50,000 nucleotides of DNA from Chiloscyllium plagiosum (lineage: Eukaryota): the NCBI RefSeq assembly GCF_004010195.1, contig NW_025214731.1, positions 1 through 50,000 on the forward strand, given 5' to 3'. Below are positions 13,355 to 26,384 of the stretch, piece after piece; within the stretch, counting starts at the first letter, position 1; every line of letters begins with the position of its first letter. Below the pieces are notes generated by a model that worked only from the letters and a program-made list of their open reading frames with translations, did no database searches and was not told the origin of the DNA. Made by a program: the position numbers and the translations under genes.

Positions 13355-14030
13355 GTAACACAAAACACAGCAGTCAATTTGAACAGAGCAAAGTCCACAG
13401 ATAGCACAATGAACAGGTAATCGGCATTTATGATATTGATTGAGGGCTAAATATTGGACAGAATAGTGAGGTATCTCCCCTACACTACCCTGCCATAGAG
13501 TCTTCCACATTCAGCTGAACAGATAGGGCAGAACAGGGGCAGGATGGTGGCTCAGTGGTTAGCACTGTTGCCCTACAGCGCCAGGGGCCTGGGTTCCATT
13601 CCAGCCTCGGGCAACTGTCTGTGTGGCGTTTGCACATTCTCCCCATGTCTGTGGGGGGGTCTCCTTCCACAGTCCAAAGATGTGCAGGTAGAATGGCTCT
13701 GCTAAATTGCCCCATTTATTGTTCAGGGATGTGTAGATTAGGTGGATTAGCCATGGGAAATGCAGGGTTACAAGGATAGGGTGCGATGTTCTTTGGATAG
13801 TCGGTGTGGACTCATAAACTGAACGGTCTGCTTCCACACTGTTAGGATTTCATAATGGTTCTATGGGATAGATGGGGCTGTGGGATTTAATGTCTCAACC
13901 TAAGAATGACACATCAGAGCGAGTGCAGAACAGCAGCGTCAGTTTTGTGCTCATGCCCCAGGGTAGAGTTTGTACCTGGAGTTGTGTCTTAAGGCAAAGA
14001 TGATACCAACTGACCCACAGTTGACAGTGA
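13355..14030 (-). mobile_element. degenerate Deu-domain SINE (SacSINE1/AmnSINE-like), split by an HE1 copy
   Basis: Plus-strand TTGATTGAGGGCTAAATATTGG and GATTTAATGTCTCAACC...GTGCAG resemble the reverse complement of the Deu domain on both sides of the HE1 insertion. Confidence 0.55.
13537..13865 (+). mobile_element. HE1-type V-SINE
   Basis: GGTGGCTCAGTGGTTAGCACTG...GGGTTCCATTCC, V-domain TTTGCACATTCTCCCCATGTCTG, LINE-derived tail. Confidence 0.92.
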
Positions 14031-14302
14031 AGTTTAGAAAAGCTCAGAAAAAGCAAAATATTTCCAATATTTGTAATTCAGCGTGCAATTCCATCATTCA
14101 ATGGTATATGCCTTTGTCTTAGTCTGGCACACAAGTCTTCACTTGGAACTCTGTTAACACCGAAGAAGTCACGCTTCTGCAAAATCACGGAAGAATCAGT
14201 AATAGTTCAGAGATACAGAGGCCGGGGTGGTGGATGAATTCCAAGTCTGCTTGACACAGTCATTTTTAGAGAGAAAAATAACAGCAAACATTAAGCTTGA
14301 AC

Positions 14303-14567
14303 TGGAATTTTTACCAGTGCATAATGAGAAATGATGAAATTATTATCAAGTTTTAGATTAGATTACTTACAGTGTGGAAACAGGCCCTTCGGCCCAACAA
14401 GTCCACACCAACCTGCCGAAGCGCAAATCACCCAGATGGAATTTTTACCAGTGCATAATGAGAAATGATGAAATTATCAAGTTTTAGATTAGATTACTTA
14501 CAGTGTGGAAACAGGCCCTTCGGCCCAACAATTCCACACCAACCTGCCGAAGCGCAAATCACCCAGA
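14303..14567. repeat. tandem duplication (134 + 131 bp)
   Basis: 14303-14436 and 14437-14567 differ only by a TAT indel and one substitution. Confidence 0.9.
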
Positions 14568-14724
14568 CCTATTCCCTTACGCTTACCCCTTCACCTAACA
14601 CTATGGACAATTTAGCATGGCCAATTCACCTAACCTGCACATTTTTNNNNNNNNNNNNNNNNNNNNNNNNNNNNNNNNNNNNNNNNNNNNNNNNNNNNNN
14701 NNGCCACTGTGCCACCGTGCCACC
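14484..14724 (-). mobile_element. HE1-type V-SINE spanning an N gap (14647-14702)
   Basis: Tail and 3' body before the gap; GCCACTGTGCCACCGTGCC (head, reverse complement) after it. Confidence 0.85.
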
Positions 14725-17281
14725 CACGTTCTGTGCACATTTAAGCCAGAGTATATTAGATCTTTGTGTTTCCCATGTTGACTGTTTTAAATCACCAACC
14801 TCAAATCACACCGGAATATTTTTGAACAGGTCACAACAGAAATCCCATGGACTGTTAAAATAACATGGGACTTCTTTCCAAATCTGATGACCCAGAGACT
14901 GCTGAAACTAAAGAGGTCTTCAATTGGAATGGAGCCCTTTCTCCCTCTAACCTGAACCTGCTTCTGACTCGGCCTCTTTCTCTCGGAGGTCATAAAAAGC
15001 CAACTTAGTAAACACTTCGGCAATTATTTCCCCAGGTTGATTGCATTGTCAGTCTGCTTAAGTCACATATTTCCTGGAAATGTTATTTTCAACTATTAAA
15101 GATGACTTGGACCTTAATGTAAAGCCACATTCACAGAATTCAAACTACAAATCTATTTGTCTGTGCTTTAAGAGCCCAAATCCCCAAATTATGTTATAGA
15201 CCTTGCTCTACATTAAAACAAATATTGAACCAAATGATTAAAATAACTAATAGCATATTTTAGACACATTTAGTTTGCTGCAAGCACCATAAGTAATTGT
15301 ACAGAATTGATTTGCCTCCTTTACATCAGTTTTAGCAGCTGGTTTGTATTAAAACAGCAGCTGCAAGAGGGTGGGAGAACTCAATATACATACATCCCCA
15401 GAGTGGAATAATCTAAATAATTTTACCCAACTTTTCTCATTTAGATTTCAAATCTATTAGAGGACAAAAGAAAAACTGCCGTTAAGTCCAAACTGTTCAA
15501 ATGGAAAATTTCAGAACAAAACACTATATTTAAAAGAACTTTCTAAACATAGATTGCAATAATGGAGGGAGGCTTGCCTTGTCAAGGAGATGTCAGTTAT
15601 GAGTCAGTGATCATTATCTGTGTTGGCAGATAGTTACTGCAACATACATATTCCTTCAATAGGTTTTGTAAAGGGTGCTATTCTGAACCACTTTGTTGTG
15701 GCAGAAACACTCATCTTTCATGCAGATGACTTTTGCAAAAAAACAGTTTTCTTACATTGTTTCCATGCAAGGAAACATACATTCTCAATATATATTTATT
15801 TCTTTATCTTTTTAGCCTAATAAGCCTGATTTTCCTTACTTAAAAGAAGGAGTTTCACTTCTCATTAAAGGTTTGCTGTCTGTCTCATGGACAAACACCA
15901 TATTTGATTAGTTTCTTACAAGAGCCAAACATGTTCAATTAGCATGCCAAATATTCACAATTGATTGCCTAATAAATAATCTTTCAGTAGAAAGCAAGCT
16001 GAAACATCAAACTAGCAACTGGCATTTACATGTTCAGCCTCTGGGCACTATAAAATATTTGGCTTAACACTAACATCACAGTTCAACTCAGATGGTGACA
16101 TTTAAAATCCAAGAAGTTAGTCTTCAGGTAATTGTGTGCGTTTTCCAATAAAAAATGCATGTCACAGTTTTAGTTGGTTAGTTTTAATCAATTTCTCATC
16201 CAAAACCCCCATGCTTTTGATGCAATAAATTGTGTTGACACTGAAAGATAAGCATTTTCATTAGTTTTAGAAAGACGTCAATTTTCTTTTTCAAAAAAGC
16301 ATAGACCTGCACCAATTGATATACAATGTGTCATACAATACAGCCTGCTTTTAGTCTCTTTGACAGGATTAATATCTTTCCAATATTCATACAAACAGTT
16401 GACACCACTATTCCACTTTCAGGAACTGTCGTTAGCATCATTTTGCACTATTCTTGAGCCAACTGTCCTAACTGACCCTCCCAATGCCTCGGCTTACAGA
16501 GTGACTATCAGTGAATCATTTGATTTCTACAAGTGGCAGGAAGGATGGTGATGCAATACACAAATATTATTGAGTTATTGTGTCCTTAATAGCTCACAAG
16601 CGAAAAGTGAGTGTTACCTGTGTCATTTAGTATCAGGACAAAGTCAATGATTATTATTCATTATTATTCACTCATTATTATTCACTGATGATATCAGAGC
16701 TTCCCCACTCCTTGTTTTTTTTTTCCCTCCCCCCCCGCTCATGTCGTCTGCTCACAGGTGTCCTCCCGTTTCTCAGTATTTTTTGCACAACAGCTGCTGG
16801 CCGAAACCATGAGTAGAGATACTCAACAACAGGAGACTAAACTAAATAGGTTTAATACAATAACATTTCCAGACCTTACAAGATCAGATCTCAAGACAGT
16901 GATCCAACAAGTTTTGCCACCCTGCTTTCAGCTGTAACAGGTCTAGCCTAGGCATGCTTTTGGGAAGTGCAGACTTGTTGAGGATCTGTAGCATGCTCTC
17001 ATCATCACTGGCGGGTAACTGCAGGAAAGCAAAAAGTGCTTAGGTTTAGGGCCTCATCAGGAATTGCTGGAAGGTGTGAATGCAAGGGAATCACCAACTA
17101 ATAGATCTGTAACCTAGCCTTAAAACAAAAGGGTTATATTTGTTACCCAAAGGGTTTATGCTGCAAAAGAAATAAATTAAAAATAAAGTTCAGGTTTCAG
17201 ATGCCAAAGTTCTTGATGATTTTTGCTCAGTTTTGTTTTATTCTTTTCATCAATTTTGGTTCGGAGCTATGAACTGGGAAC

Positions 17282-18575
17282 TGTGAGATAAAGATGACTT
17301 TTAACACAAGCTGTTACTGGCAATCAAAAAGACAAAAAGCTTTTATTTATTCACGAGACTAGGCCTGGAAGTAAACCGCACACTGGTTCTTGATCAAAGA
17401 TTTCTGTAGATGCTTCATCACCACAGAAGAGCATAATGTTTAAACAGACAGCAAAAGTTGGCTATTAATGAGGTCATTACCTGGGATTAGCTGCAGCAAG
17501 TCCGGAAATGACCTTATTTTCAAGCATATGGCAAATGTTGAATGGGAACTGGGACCTCAAGGAGGAGATGGTCAGTAAGTCAGAGACAGGTCAGAGTTGG
17601 AATTGGGTTTTAGACTGTATTTTCTGTGAGAATGAATCTGACTGCTGATATTACAGCATGGAGACAGCATGGCTCCCTGTCTAACCTCTCATGAACAGTT
17701 CTTCAAAGCTCAGAGAAGAGAAAACCAAGTTATAATTATTACTGCCTTTTTTGGAGAGAACTGCAAAATTGACCCTGATCAGCATCGTCAGAAAAATCAA
17801 CAGAGAAACCATCATTTACTCCTGTGGAACAAGCCAACAAGAAAACCACTTAATAATCTGGTCAGTTTTGTTACTTGCTTTTGTGCATCTTTTACTGCGT
17901 TTGTCTGTCTTCTGTGAGATGAGGTGGAAAACAAAGGCATTTGGGTTTAAAACATTGATCAATTAGATTTTAGACTCGGTTGTTTAATGTTACTCTAAAG
18001 TTATTATATTGTTAATAAATTGCTTAAATCTTTTTCTTAAAGATACAGACTGATACCTGAATTGCTTATTGGCAGAATCTGGGATTAATTATTCACAACT
18101 GAAAATGTGTTGCTGGAAAAGCGCAGCAGGTCAGGCAGCATCCAAGGAACAGGNNNNNNNNNNNNNNNNNNNNNNNNNNNNNNNNNNNNNNNNNNNNNNN
18201 NNNNNNNNNNNNNNNNNNNNNNNNNNNNNNNNNNNNNNNNNNNNNNNNNNNNNNNNNNNNNNNNNNNNNNNNNNNNNNNNNNNNNNNNNNNNNNNNNNNN
18301 NNNNNNNNNNNNNNNNNNNNNCTTATGCCCGAAACGTCGATTCTCCTGTTCCTTGGATGCTGCCTGACCTGCTGTGCTTTTCCAGCAACACATTTTCAGC
18401 TCTGATCTCCAGCATCTGCAGCCCTCACTTTCTCCTCCTTAATTATTCACAAGTCTGATTAGAAACCAATGGAGGTCAATTTTGAGGCCCCTTGAAGGTA
18501 TTAATTTTACTGAGTTGTGATTACAGAATAGAAAGGCTGATTTGGTTCATGTATCTGAGACCTCTGAGCTGGCAT
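17282..18575 (+). mobile_element. possible degenerate solo LTR
   Basis: Starts with TGTG, has an internal AATAAA near 18014 and LTR-like composition; no convincing TSD, boundaries uncertain. Confidence 0.3.
18099..18438 (+). mobile_element. palindromic PLE terminal-repeat insertion (copy A)
   Basis: Inverted arms around an N gap (18154-18321); TSD TTAATTATTCACAA at 18085-18098 and 18439-18452. Confidence 0.85.
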
Positions 18576-19014
18576 GAATTTTCCTCTCAATATGTAGTGT
18601 CAACCTGCTGAGAATTTCCAGCGGGATTCTGTCTTAATTTCAGAAACCCAGGATCTCCTGTACATTGTTTTATATTATATGAAAATGTTTTTAAAACAAG
18701 GGAAAAATGAAAATAGCTGCCATTTCAGTCAGAGGTTTTAAATAGGGGTCACATTTTAAACGAGAGCACAATTCAGACTATGTTGGATCTTGGTCTAACC
18801 CATAGTTAACGACTACCCTCAAAACAGGCAACGAAGCACAAACACAAAAAACAGTAATTTCTGGACCGTGCATATAACATCTCTGAAGATAACAGATTCA
18901 ACTGTAAGAAGTAATAATTGTTGCTAACCCAGTCCAATCTTCAACCACCCCAACTTTTCTAGGGTCTTCCCAGCGTATTCCTATGTAAAACAATAGATAA
19001 ATCAATTTTTACAC

Positions 19015-19475
19015 TGTTCTCAATGGCTCCAAATACGCCATCCAGGTCATAAATAAATTTACCTGTAACTCCTTCCACCTTACAAATTTTTCTGGATATG
19101 AAGGAAACCATAGAGCAATTTTTCACTCAGAGTAGTAGGGGCATGGAATGCACTGCCTGCAACAGTAATAGACTCGCCAAATTTAAGGGCATTTAAATGG
19201 TCATTGGATAGGAATATGGACAAGAATGGAATAGTGTAGGTTAGATGGGCTTTAGATTAGTTTCACAGGTCGGCGCAACATCGAGGGTCGAAGGGTCTGT
19301 ACTGCGTTGTAATGTTCTATGTGAAGCATTTAGAGAGCCATTGCAGACTCAACAGGTCTCTTTCACCACCATAAAGATTGTGTGATCGTGTGTCTGAACA
19401 CCCCATTTTTGTGCACACTACCTCAAATGTAATCTCACATCGCCACTATTCCCACACCGATCTTCTCATTTCTCC
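19015..19475 (+). mobile_element. Penelope-like GIY-YIG endonuclease relic, interrupted by a CR1 fragment
   Basis: GSKYAIQVINKFTCNSFHL and RLCDRVSEH...HSHTDL resemble the PLE motifs FTCxSxNLIY and RLxDRFxEH. Confidence 0.55.
19105..19323 (+). mobile_element. CR1 3' fragment (GTTCTAT-tail subfamily)
   Basis: Translates to VVGAWNALP; UTR ends in GTAATGTTCTATGT. Confidence 0.85.
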
Positions 19476-19489
19476 AGCCCAACTGAATA

Positions 19490-20148
19490 CAAGATTTGGG
19501 GGAAAAAAATTGCTAGAACCAGAGGTCACAGTCACAGGAGCAGATTTAAACAGAGAGGAGGAGAAGTTACTTCTCTCAAAAGGTCACAAATCTGTGGAAT
19601 TCACTATCCCAGAGTGCAGAGGCTGCTGGGACATTGAGTCAATTTAAGGAGGAGATAGACTTTTAATTAGCAATGGTTTGAAGGGTTATGGTGGGCTAGG
19701 AGGAAAGTAGAGTTGAGGCCAAGTGAGATCAGCCATGATGGTACCAAATGGCAGAGCTGAATTAGCTCCCCCCATATCTAGTTCTTGTGTTTTAAAAGTA
19801 TCTGGGCAGTCAGCAACAGTATCTTAGTATTGATTTGATGAACATCAACTCTCAGCTATATTGGAGAATCCAAAAACCAGTGACCACAAAGACAAGCTAG
19901 TAACCAATTATTTCAACAGGAAATTCAGAGGAATTAACGTACCCAGAACGCAAGTAGAATGTGGAACTTGCAACCACAATGGAGTGGGTGAGGCAAATAG
20001 CACAGATGCATTTATGCAAAGTTCGATAAACACAGAAAGGAGAAAAGAACAAGGAGGTTGTGCTGATAGAGTTATTTCAACCGGGCACTGCCATGGTTGA
20101 GTTGGACTGAATGCGCTGTATCTATGCTGTACATTCTGGTATTCTATG
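19490..20148 (+). mobile_element. two consecutive old CR1 3' fragments
   Basis: CTGTGGAATTCACTATCCCAGAG and ATGTGGAACTTGCAACCAC (WNxLP-region homology), each followed by a CR1-type UTR. Confidence 0.65.
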
Positions 20149-20149
20149 T

Positions 20150-21985
20150 TGAGTAGCTTTTTCATAGTAGAGTAGCTTTTTATTTGTCATTTCTACCATA
20201 TACAACTGTTACAGTAAAAATGAGACAGCATTCCCCCAGGACAGAGGGTGCTACATGGACAGCACAAACTACACAATCGTACACGGCATAAAGAGCCTAC
20301 AAAGTGGAAAACACACAAGTTACAGTGTAACAGAAGAATGATAAATAATGGACATTTTTCTAGCAGCAATTCAAAGTCGTGCAAAGAATTTCAGATGTGA
20401 AAGAGTCCGATCATACAGAGTTAAGGAGCCAGATGGCTTGGGGGAAGAAACTGTTGCAGTCTAGCCATGAGAGACTGAATGCTCTGGTACCCCCTGCTAG
20501 ATGGCAGGAGGGAGAAGAGTTTGACTGAGGGGTGTGTGGGGTCTTCCACAATGCGATTCGCCTTTCAGATGCAGTGTGTGGTGTAAATATCTGTAATGGA
20601 GGAAGGAGAGGCCCCAATGTTCTTACGAGCTGTTCTCAATATCCGTTGTAGGGTCTTACGGTCCAAGACGGTGCAGTTCCCAAACCAAGCAGTGATACAG
20701 CAGCTCAGGGTATCCTCAATGAACCCCATGTAGAATGTGGTGAGGATGGGGAGTGAAAGTTGGGCTTTCCTCAGCTTGCGCAGAAAATTCAACACGCTGC
20801 TGGGCTTTCTTGCAACGGAGCTGGTGTTGAGGGTCCAGGTGAACACCAAGAAATTTGGTGCTCTTCACAATCTCCATGGTGGAGCCGATGTCCAGCAGAG
20901 AGTGGTTGCTCTGTGCCCTCCTGAAGTCAACAACCATCTCTTTTGTCTTGACCACAATCAGAATCAGGTTGCTGGCTCTGCACCAGTCCGTTAGCCGCTG
21001 CACCTCCTCTCTGTATGCTGATGAGACCCACTACAGCTAAAGCATCAGCATCGTTGCACAGTTGTGTGTCAGCAGAATGAACAGCAGTGAACTGAGCACA
21101 CAGCCCTGGGGTGTTGGAGATGTTGTTCCCAATCCGGATAAATTGAGTTCTCCTAGTCAGGAACTCCAGGATCCAGTTGCAAGGGGAGATATTTAGGCCC
21201 AGCAGACCCAGCTTTCCAAACAGGTGCAGAGGAATGACAGTGTTAAGTGCAGAACTGAAGCCTGTGGATGGTAATCTGATGTAGGTGTCCTTTTTCTCCG
21301 GGTGGGTGAGGGCCAGATGGAGGGTGGCGAAAATGGCATTATCAGTTGAGTAGTTGGGTCGACACATGAACTGCAGGGTGTCCAGCGAGGAGGGCAGCAG
21401 GGTCTTAATATGACTCATCATGCGTCTCTCAAAACACTTTGTGATGATGCGTGTTAGCGCAACAGGGCAGTAGTCGTTGAGACAGGACATTAAAGACTTC
21501 TTCAGCATGGAGGTAATAGTAGCTGACTTAAAGCACATTGGGACTATGGCACAGCTCAGGAAGATGTTGGAGATGAAAGTGAGAACATACAGCAGTACAT
21601 CAGAGCATCCCCTGACCACTCTGCTCAGGATGTCACCTGGCCCAGCAGAGACCCCTTACATGGGTTGACTCTGCATCAGGTTTTCCTCACTTGGTCGTCG
21701 GGAGGGGGAGTGGACCTCCTTGCTGCCACGTTATTTCTTGCCTCAAACCATGCATAAAAAGTTGTTCAGCTCATCTGGGAGAGAGGCATCACCAGCACAA
21801 GCAGGCGATGCTGTTCTGTGGTTGGTGATGTCATGGATGCCCTTCCACACGCTCCACATATTGCCCCTGTCCTGAAAGTGGCCGTGTATTCTCTGTGCGT
21901 GTGCTCACTTTGCCTCTGTGATGGCCCGGGTCAGGTTGGCCCTCGCTGTTGGTAGGGCCACCTTGTCATCTGCTCTGAAGGTGGA
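20150..21985 (-). mobile_element. Rex1/Babar-clade LINE, RT region to 3' end, decayed
   Basis: SCLNDYCPVALT..TKCFER, STDNAI..TLHLALTH, KTKEMVVDFRR, KFLGVHL, CITAWFGNC; short AGTAGCTTTTT repeats at the 3' end. Confidence 0.9.
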
Positions 21986-22004
21986 ATAGTGTCATTTTAA
22001 CTTC

Positions 22005-23135
22005 CAGCTTGACCATCAGTGGTGGGCAAGTTGTTGGGGGGAATCCTGAGGGACAGGATGTACATGTATTTGGAAAGGCAAGGACTGATTAGGGCTTTAT
22101 GGCTTTATGTGTGGGAAATCAAGTCTCACAAACGTGATTGAGTTTTTTTGAAGAAGTAACATAGAGGATTGATGGGGGCAGAGCGGTAGATGTGATGTAT
22201 ATGGACTTCAGTAAGGCATTCGACAAGGTTCCCCTTGGGAGACTGGTGACCAAGGTTAGATCTCATGGAACACAGGGAGAACTAGCCATTTGGATACAGA
22301 ACTGGCTGAAAGGGAGAAGACAGTGGGTGGTGGTGGAGGGTTGTTTTTCAGACTGGAAGCCTGTGACCAGTGGAGTGCCACAAGGATCGGTGCAGAGTCC
22401 ACTATTTTCATCGTTTATATAAATGATTTGGATGTGAGCTTGAGGTACAGTTAGAAAGTTTGGAGATTACACCAAAATTGGAGGTGTAGTGGACAACGAA
22501 GAGGGTTACCTCAGATTACAACAGGATCTTGATCAGATGGGCAAATGAGCTGAGAAGTGGTGGATGGAGTTTAAGTCAGATAAATATAAGGTGCTGCATT
22601 TTGGGAAAGCAAATCTTAGCAGGACTTATACACTTAATGATGAGGTCCTAGGGAGTGTTGCTAAACAGAGAGACCCTGGAGTGCAGGTTCATAGTTGAAA
22701 GTGGAGTCGCAGGTAGATAGGATAGTGAAGGCAGCGTTTGGTATGCTTTCCTTTATTGGTCAGAGTATTGAGTACAGGAGTTGGGAGGTCATGTTGTGGA
22801 GGGACATGGATAGGATAAATAGACAAAGTCTTTTCCCTGGGGTGGGGGAGTCCAGAACTAGTGGGCAGAGGTTTAGGGTGAGAGGGAAAGATATAAAAGA
22901 GATCTAAGGGGCAACGTTTTCACTCAGAGGGTGGTACGTGATGGAATGAGCTGCCAGAGGAATTGGTGGAGGCTATTGCAACATTTTAAAGGCATCTGGA
23001 TGGGTATAAGAATAGGAAGGGATAGGGGCCAGGTGCGGGCAGGTGGGACTAGATTGGATTGGGATATATGGTCGGCATGGACGGGGTGGACCAAAGTGTC
23101 TGTTTCCATGCTGTACATCTCTATGACTCTATGTC
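22005..23135 (+). mobile_element. HER1/CR1 LINE RT-to-3' fragment with an internal deletion near 22798
   Basis: YMDFSKAFDKVP, SGVPQGSV; CTCTATGACTCTATG tail. Confidence 0.93.
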
Positions 23136-23446
23136 TCGACATTACATTTCTATTCTGTGTAATTGCAAACACTGTAATGTGACCTACACCAAAAGGCTTA
23201 CTTGAGGAAATGAATTCCGGATCTTAAAGTAATGAGAATTTCACTTACTGCAGCAATTGGAACATTTCAGATCAAACATAATGTCAAAGTTTAAAAGAAC
23301 TGAAGGACAAAGATTGTCATAATTTACTTTGTTATCTTAATTTAACAATTTCTGAACACATCGAATACAAGGTTGGCTGTACCTTAGCTTCAGAAAACTT
23401 CCATTATCCACAGCAAAAGCATCCAGTTTAAAAGTTCAACTCTGAA

Positions 23447-23600
23447 CAGAAGCAAAACACAGTGGATACGAGAAATCTAAGATAAAACAAAAAAGAGCTG
23501 GAAAAACTTGAGGACCTCAGGGAGCATCTGTGGAGACACAGTTAAAGTTTCAGGTCAATGACCTTATAACAGAGGTTTCATCAGAAAAAAGGTCATTGAC
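23447..23600 (-). mobile_element. old PLE terminal-repeat remnant with inverted piece
   Basis: Minus strand AAGGTCATTGACCTGAAAC...CCACAGATGCT...TTTTTCCAGC; 12-bp inverted repeat 23554-23565 / 23589-23600. Confidence 0.55.
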
Positions 23601-25932
23601 ACTGACCGACATGGAGTCAGGATTCCACAAGATAGTCACTGTTATCTAGTGTAAGGCCAACATTTCTTATATAGCCTTAGAACCACTGCCTTCAGCAAAT
23701 ATAAGACACACTGCAATAGAACTAATAGTTTGCAAGACCATTGCATAAGGCAGTTAAGAGTGAACTACTATACCAAGGATCAGGAATCAAACAGAGAATG
23801 GATTGGGTAAGGACAACTATTTCCTTTCCATTTTGTCCACAAAAGTCATTTAGGGATCTTTTAAACAATCTAGCTAAATGCTGACATCCAACTTCTTAGC
23901 GAATTGACTTTTAACTCCCTGGTGGCCATTGTTGAATTTGAACTCGTCTGTCAATTTTTAGCTGCCTCTGGATCACAAGCCCTGTTCCATCATTGCATGT
24001 GATATTGTACAACCATCTGTTCGCATATAAATTTATCCTGAATAAAGAGAAACAAAGAAATCTATAACCACGCTCCTTGCTAATTACCTGAACAAGTACA
24101 AAGAAAAGCTTCCCAATGTGAAGGGGCTAGCAACCATTAGTGAACAGAAATCCAGAGAAAAGGAACAGCCCAAGAGAATTGAGAGAAAAATGTGTTTCCT
24201 ATTTGGTTTTATTAAAACTTGCCAAAACATCAAGTTTGAGGTTACAGCTTTTGTCTGTTTTTGTTCTTTCTTGAAGGGACAGTGCTACCACATCACATGT
24301 ACTTCACTATGCAGACAGACTGACAATGTGATTATCACTGCAACTGTCTTAAATTTATGGTTTCCTTTGGTATTAAGTATGCACAGGGGAAAAACTGCAT
24401 CAAGACTCTGAACCAGTTTAGCAATTAATAAACAGTGCCTTAAAGAGAATTTGCATTTCAATTGAGTAAGACTAGGGGCTAAACTAACTACTGAAAATTT
24501 ATTTCATCAAGGTGAGGTATTCTCAGTGTGAAGTTTGACAGTTTTCTCATTTTAAATGCTACATCACCAAGTAGTTAAAATACAGGAAAAAACTGAGAAA
24601 GCATAATGCGCCTCTCACAGAAAACAGTTGACAATGTGCCTGAATGACATCTGAAAGTACTTCACCAGATGACGTATATTTTCCAAATCAGTTATTAAGA
24701 GTGCTGAATCAGTGACATTCATGGTCACATCTCCTGAATAGTTCCAAGCATGTTATGAATTGGGAACTTCCCAGCCCAACTTATTCAGAGTCGAGAGGAT
24801 TGGCATCAAGCAGAGGCCTCGTGGTTCAAGTCCCACTCCAGGATGGGATGGCCATGGAAGACATAGTCAACCTCTATCACCATGTTATGACTGTTATGGC
24901 AGGTAATGAGGACACAAGAATCTCCTGACTTGACATGAAGAGGTGTCTTCTAAGCTACAAGCTCTAGCAACATGCTAATGACCTGTGGCAGGAATATTCA
25001 GCTATGGAAATGCATGTTTCATATGTCATAAAGCTTGGAAAAGCCCCCTTTACAACTGCATTTTAAAATTTCTTTCATGAGATACAAGCATGGCCAGCAT
25101 TTAAGACCCAGCCATAATTGTGCTTCAGTAGTGACTAATTGAGCTCTTTGAGAGACTAATTGCTAGACACAGATCAATAAGGCGAGACAGAGTGGATAAT
25201 AGCCGACAAATGACAAACAATCCCCAGGCATATAAAAATGATAGCACAAATAAAAAAACTGCAGAAACACTGAAACCAGGCTAAAGGAAGAAAACCACAT
25301 AGAGAAACAAGAAACAGGAACTGGCATACAGCCTGTGTGGGTGGATCTTTTTGGCAGAAAAATAATTACAGCTCACCACGAATTAAACTGAGGTGCAGGA
25401 GGTCAAGAACATGACCTAAGAAGCTTGAGCTAGAGAAAAACACATGGGAGATGATCACTTCCCTAAAACCATTAGACAATGTGATGAAAACTTTATTATC
25501 ATCAACGCCCAACCTTTCCTTGGTCTCAAGTGAGAAGGAATATCTTCATCCTCCACTGGCTGGTCAAAGTCAGCCAATATTTGGAGATTTTAAAAAAATC
25601 ACTCTCGGCTTACTTATCTTGGATTTGTTTGCAAACTGATCTGATTAGATACTACAGTACCACTGAGCCACTGATGTGAAAATGTAACAACTCTTGGCAC
25701 TTTTTTTGATCAGCTCTGTTTCACATTTCATTGATGTCTCTCTAAACTCTTGTTAGCCCAGTTTTACAGGCTAGGCTTTTAAAATCAATGATGAACAGTA
25801 AACATTTTAAAGCCACACACAAAACCACAAATATCTTAAAGTCAAGAATTGTTCAGAAAACTTGCATCAACACACCCACTTTAACAAGCTGACGCAGTCT
25901 GATAAACACAGGAAGAGCACTCCTGCTGTTAC

Positions 25933-26068
25933 CCAATATCGTAGCAACATGTCTGCTTCACCTCTGTCACTGTGCCTCACAGCTTTCTGTCATTCATTAT
26001 CAGTCAGCCACACTTCTGAGTAATTTGGAAATAGTGTTGTCACACCCCGAAGCAAAATACAAGGAATG
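25933..26068 (-). other. candidate non-coding exon
   Basis: Branch-like CTTAAC, then TTCACTTTGTTTTCTTCAG| acceptor; weaker donor TGG|GTAACA. Confidence 0.3.
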
Positions 26069-26384
26069 CTGAAGAAAACAAAGTGAATACAGTTAAGGGG
26101 AATGTACGGGCTATTTCCAATTTTCTAACTTCACTAAATTTCCTCAGTTACAGGAAGTAGACAGTTTGGCAGAATGTTTGTCATAATATTCCATGCTATG
26201 GCCATGGAGAAAATTCCTTGATAATTCCACATGATTTCTTTGCCTTTCTTTGCGGATAGTTACATTTGCTACTTTCTCGAAGCCAGCATGGAATTCTTTT
26301 ACCTTTTGCCCATTTGACTTGGCCTTTGCCTGATCCTTGGTCACTTCAGATATGTTTACTTGGTGAACATATGGTCAGATCTCA

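Noticed and set aside
13537..13610. tRNA-like sequence
   Set aside because: It is the head of an HE1 SINE and continues into the V-domain; not a tRNA gene.
16648..16690. Three ATTATTCA-type short repeats; also the poly-G run at 31480-31493
   Set aside because: Ordinary slippage repeats; no spacers or array structure, so not CRISPR-like.
16757..16940. Plus-strand acceptor followed by ACCATG and a 42-aa ORF
   Set aside because: No homology recognised and no supporting plus-strand gene structure.
16928..17008. C/D-box-like arrangement on the minus strand (GTGATGA...CTGA) with AGACCTGTTA complementary to 18S rRNA
   Set aside because: No terminal stem, and the 10-nt complement is not positioned correctly relative to the D box; probably chance.
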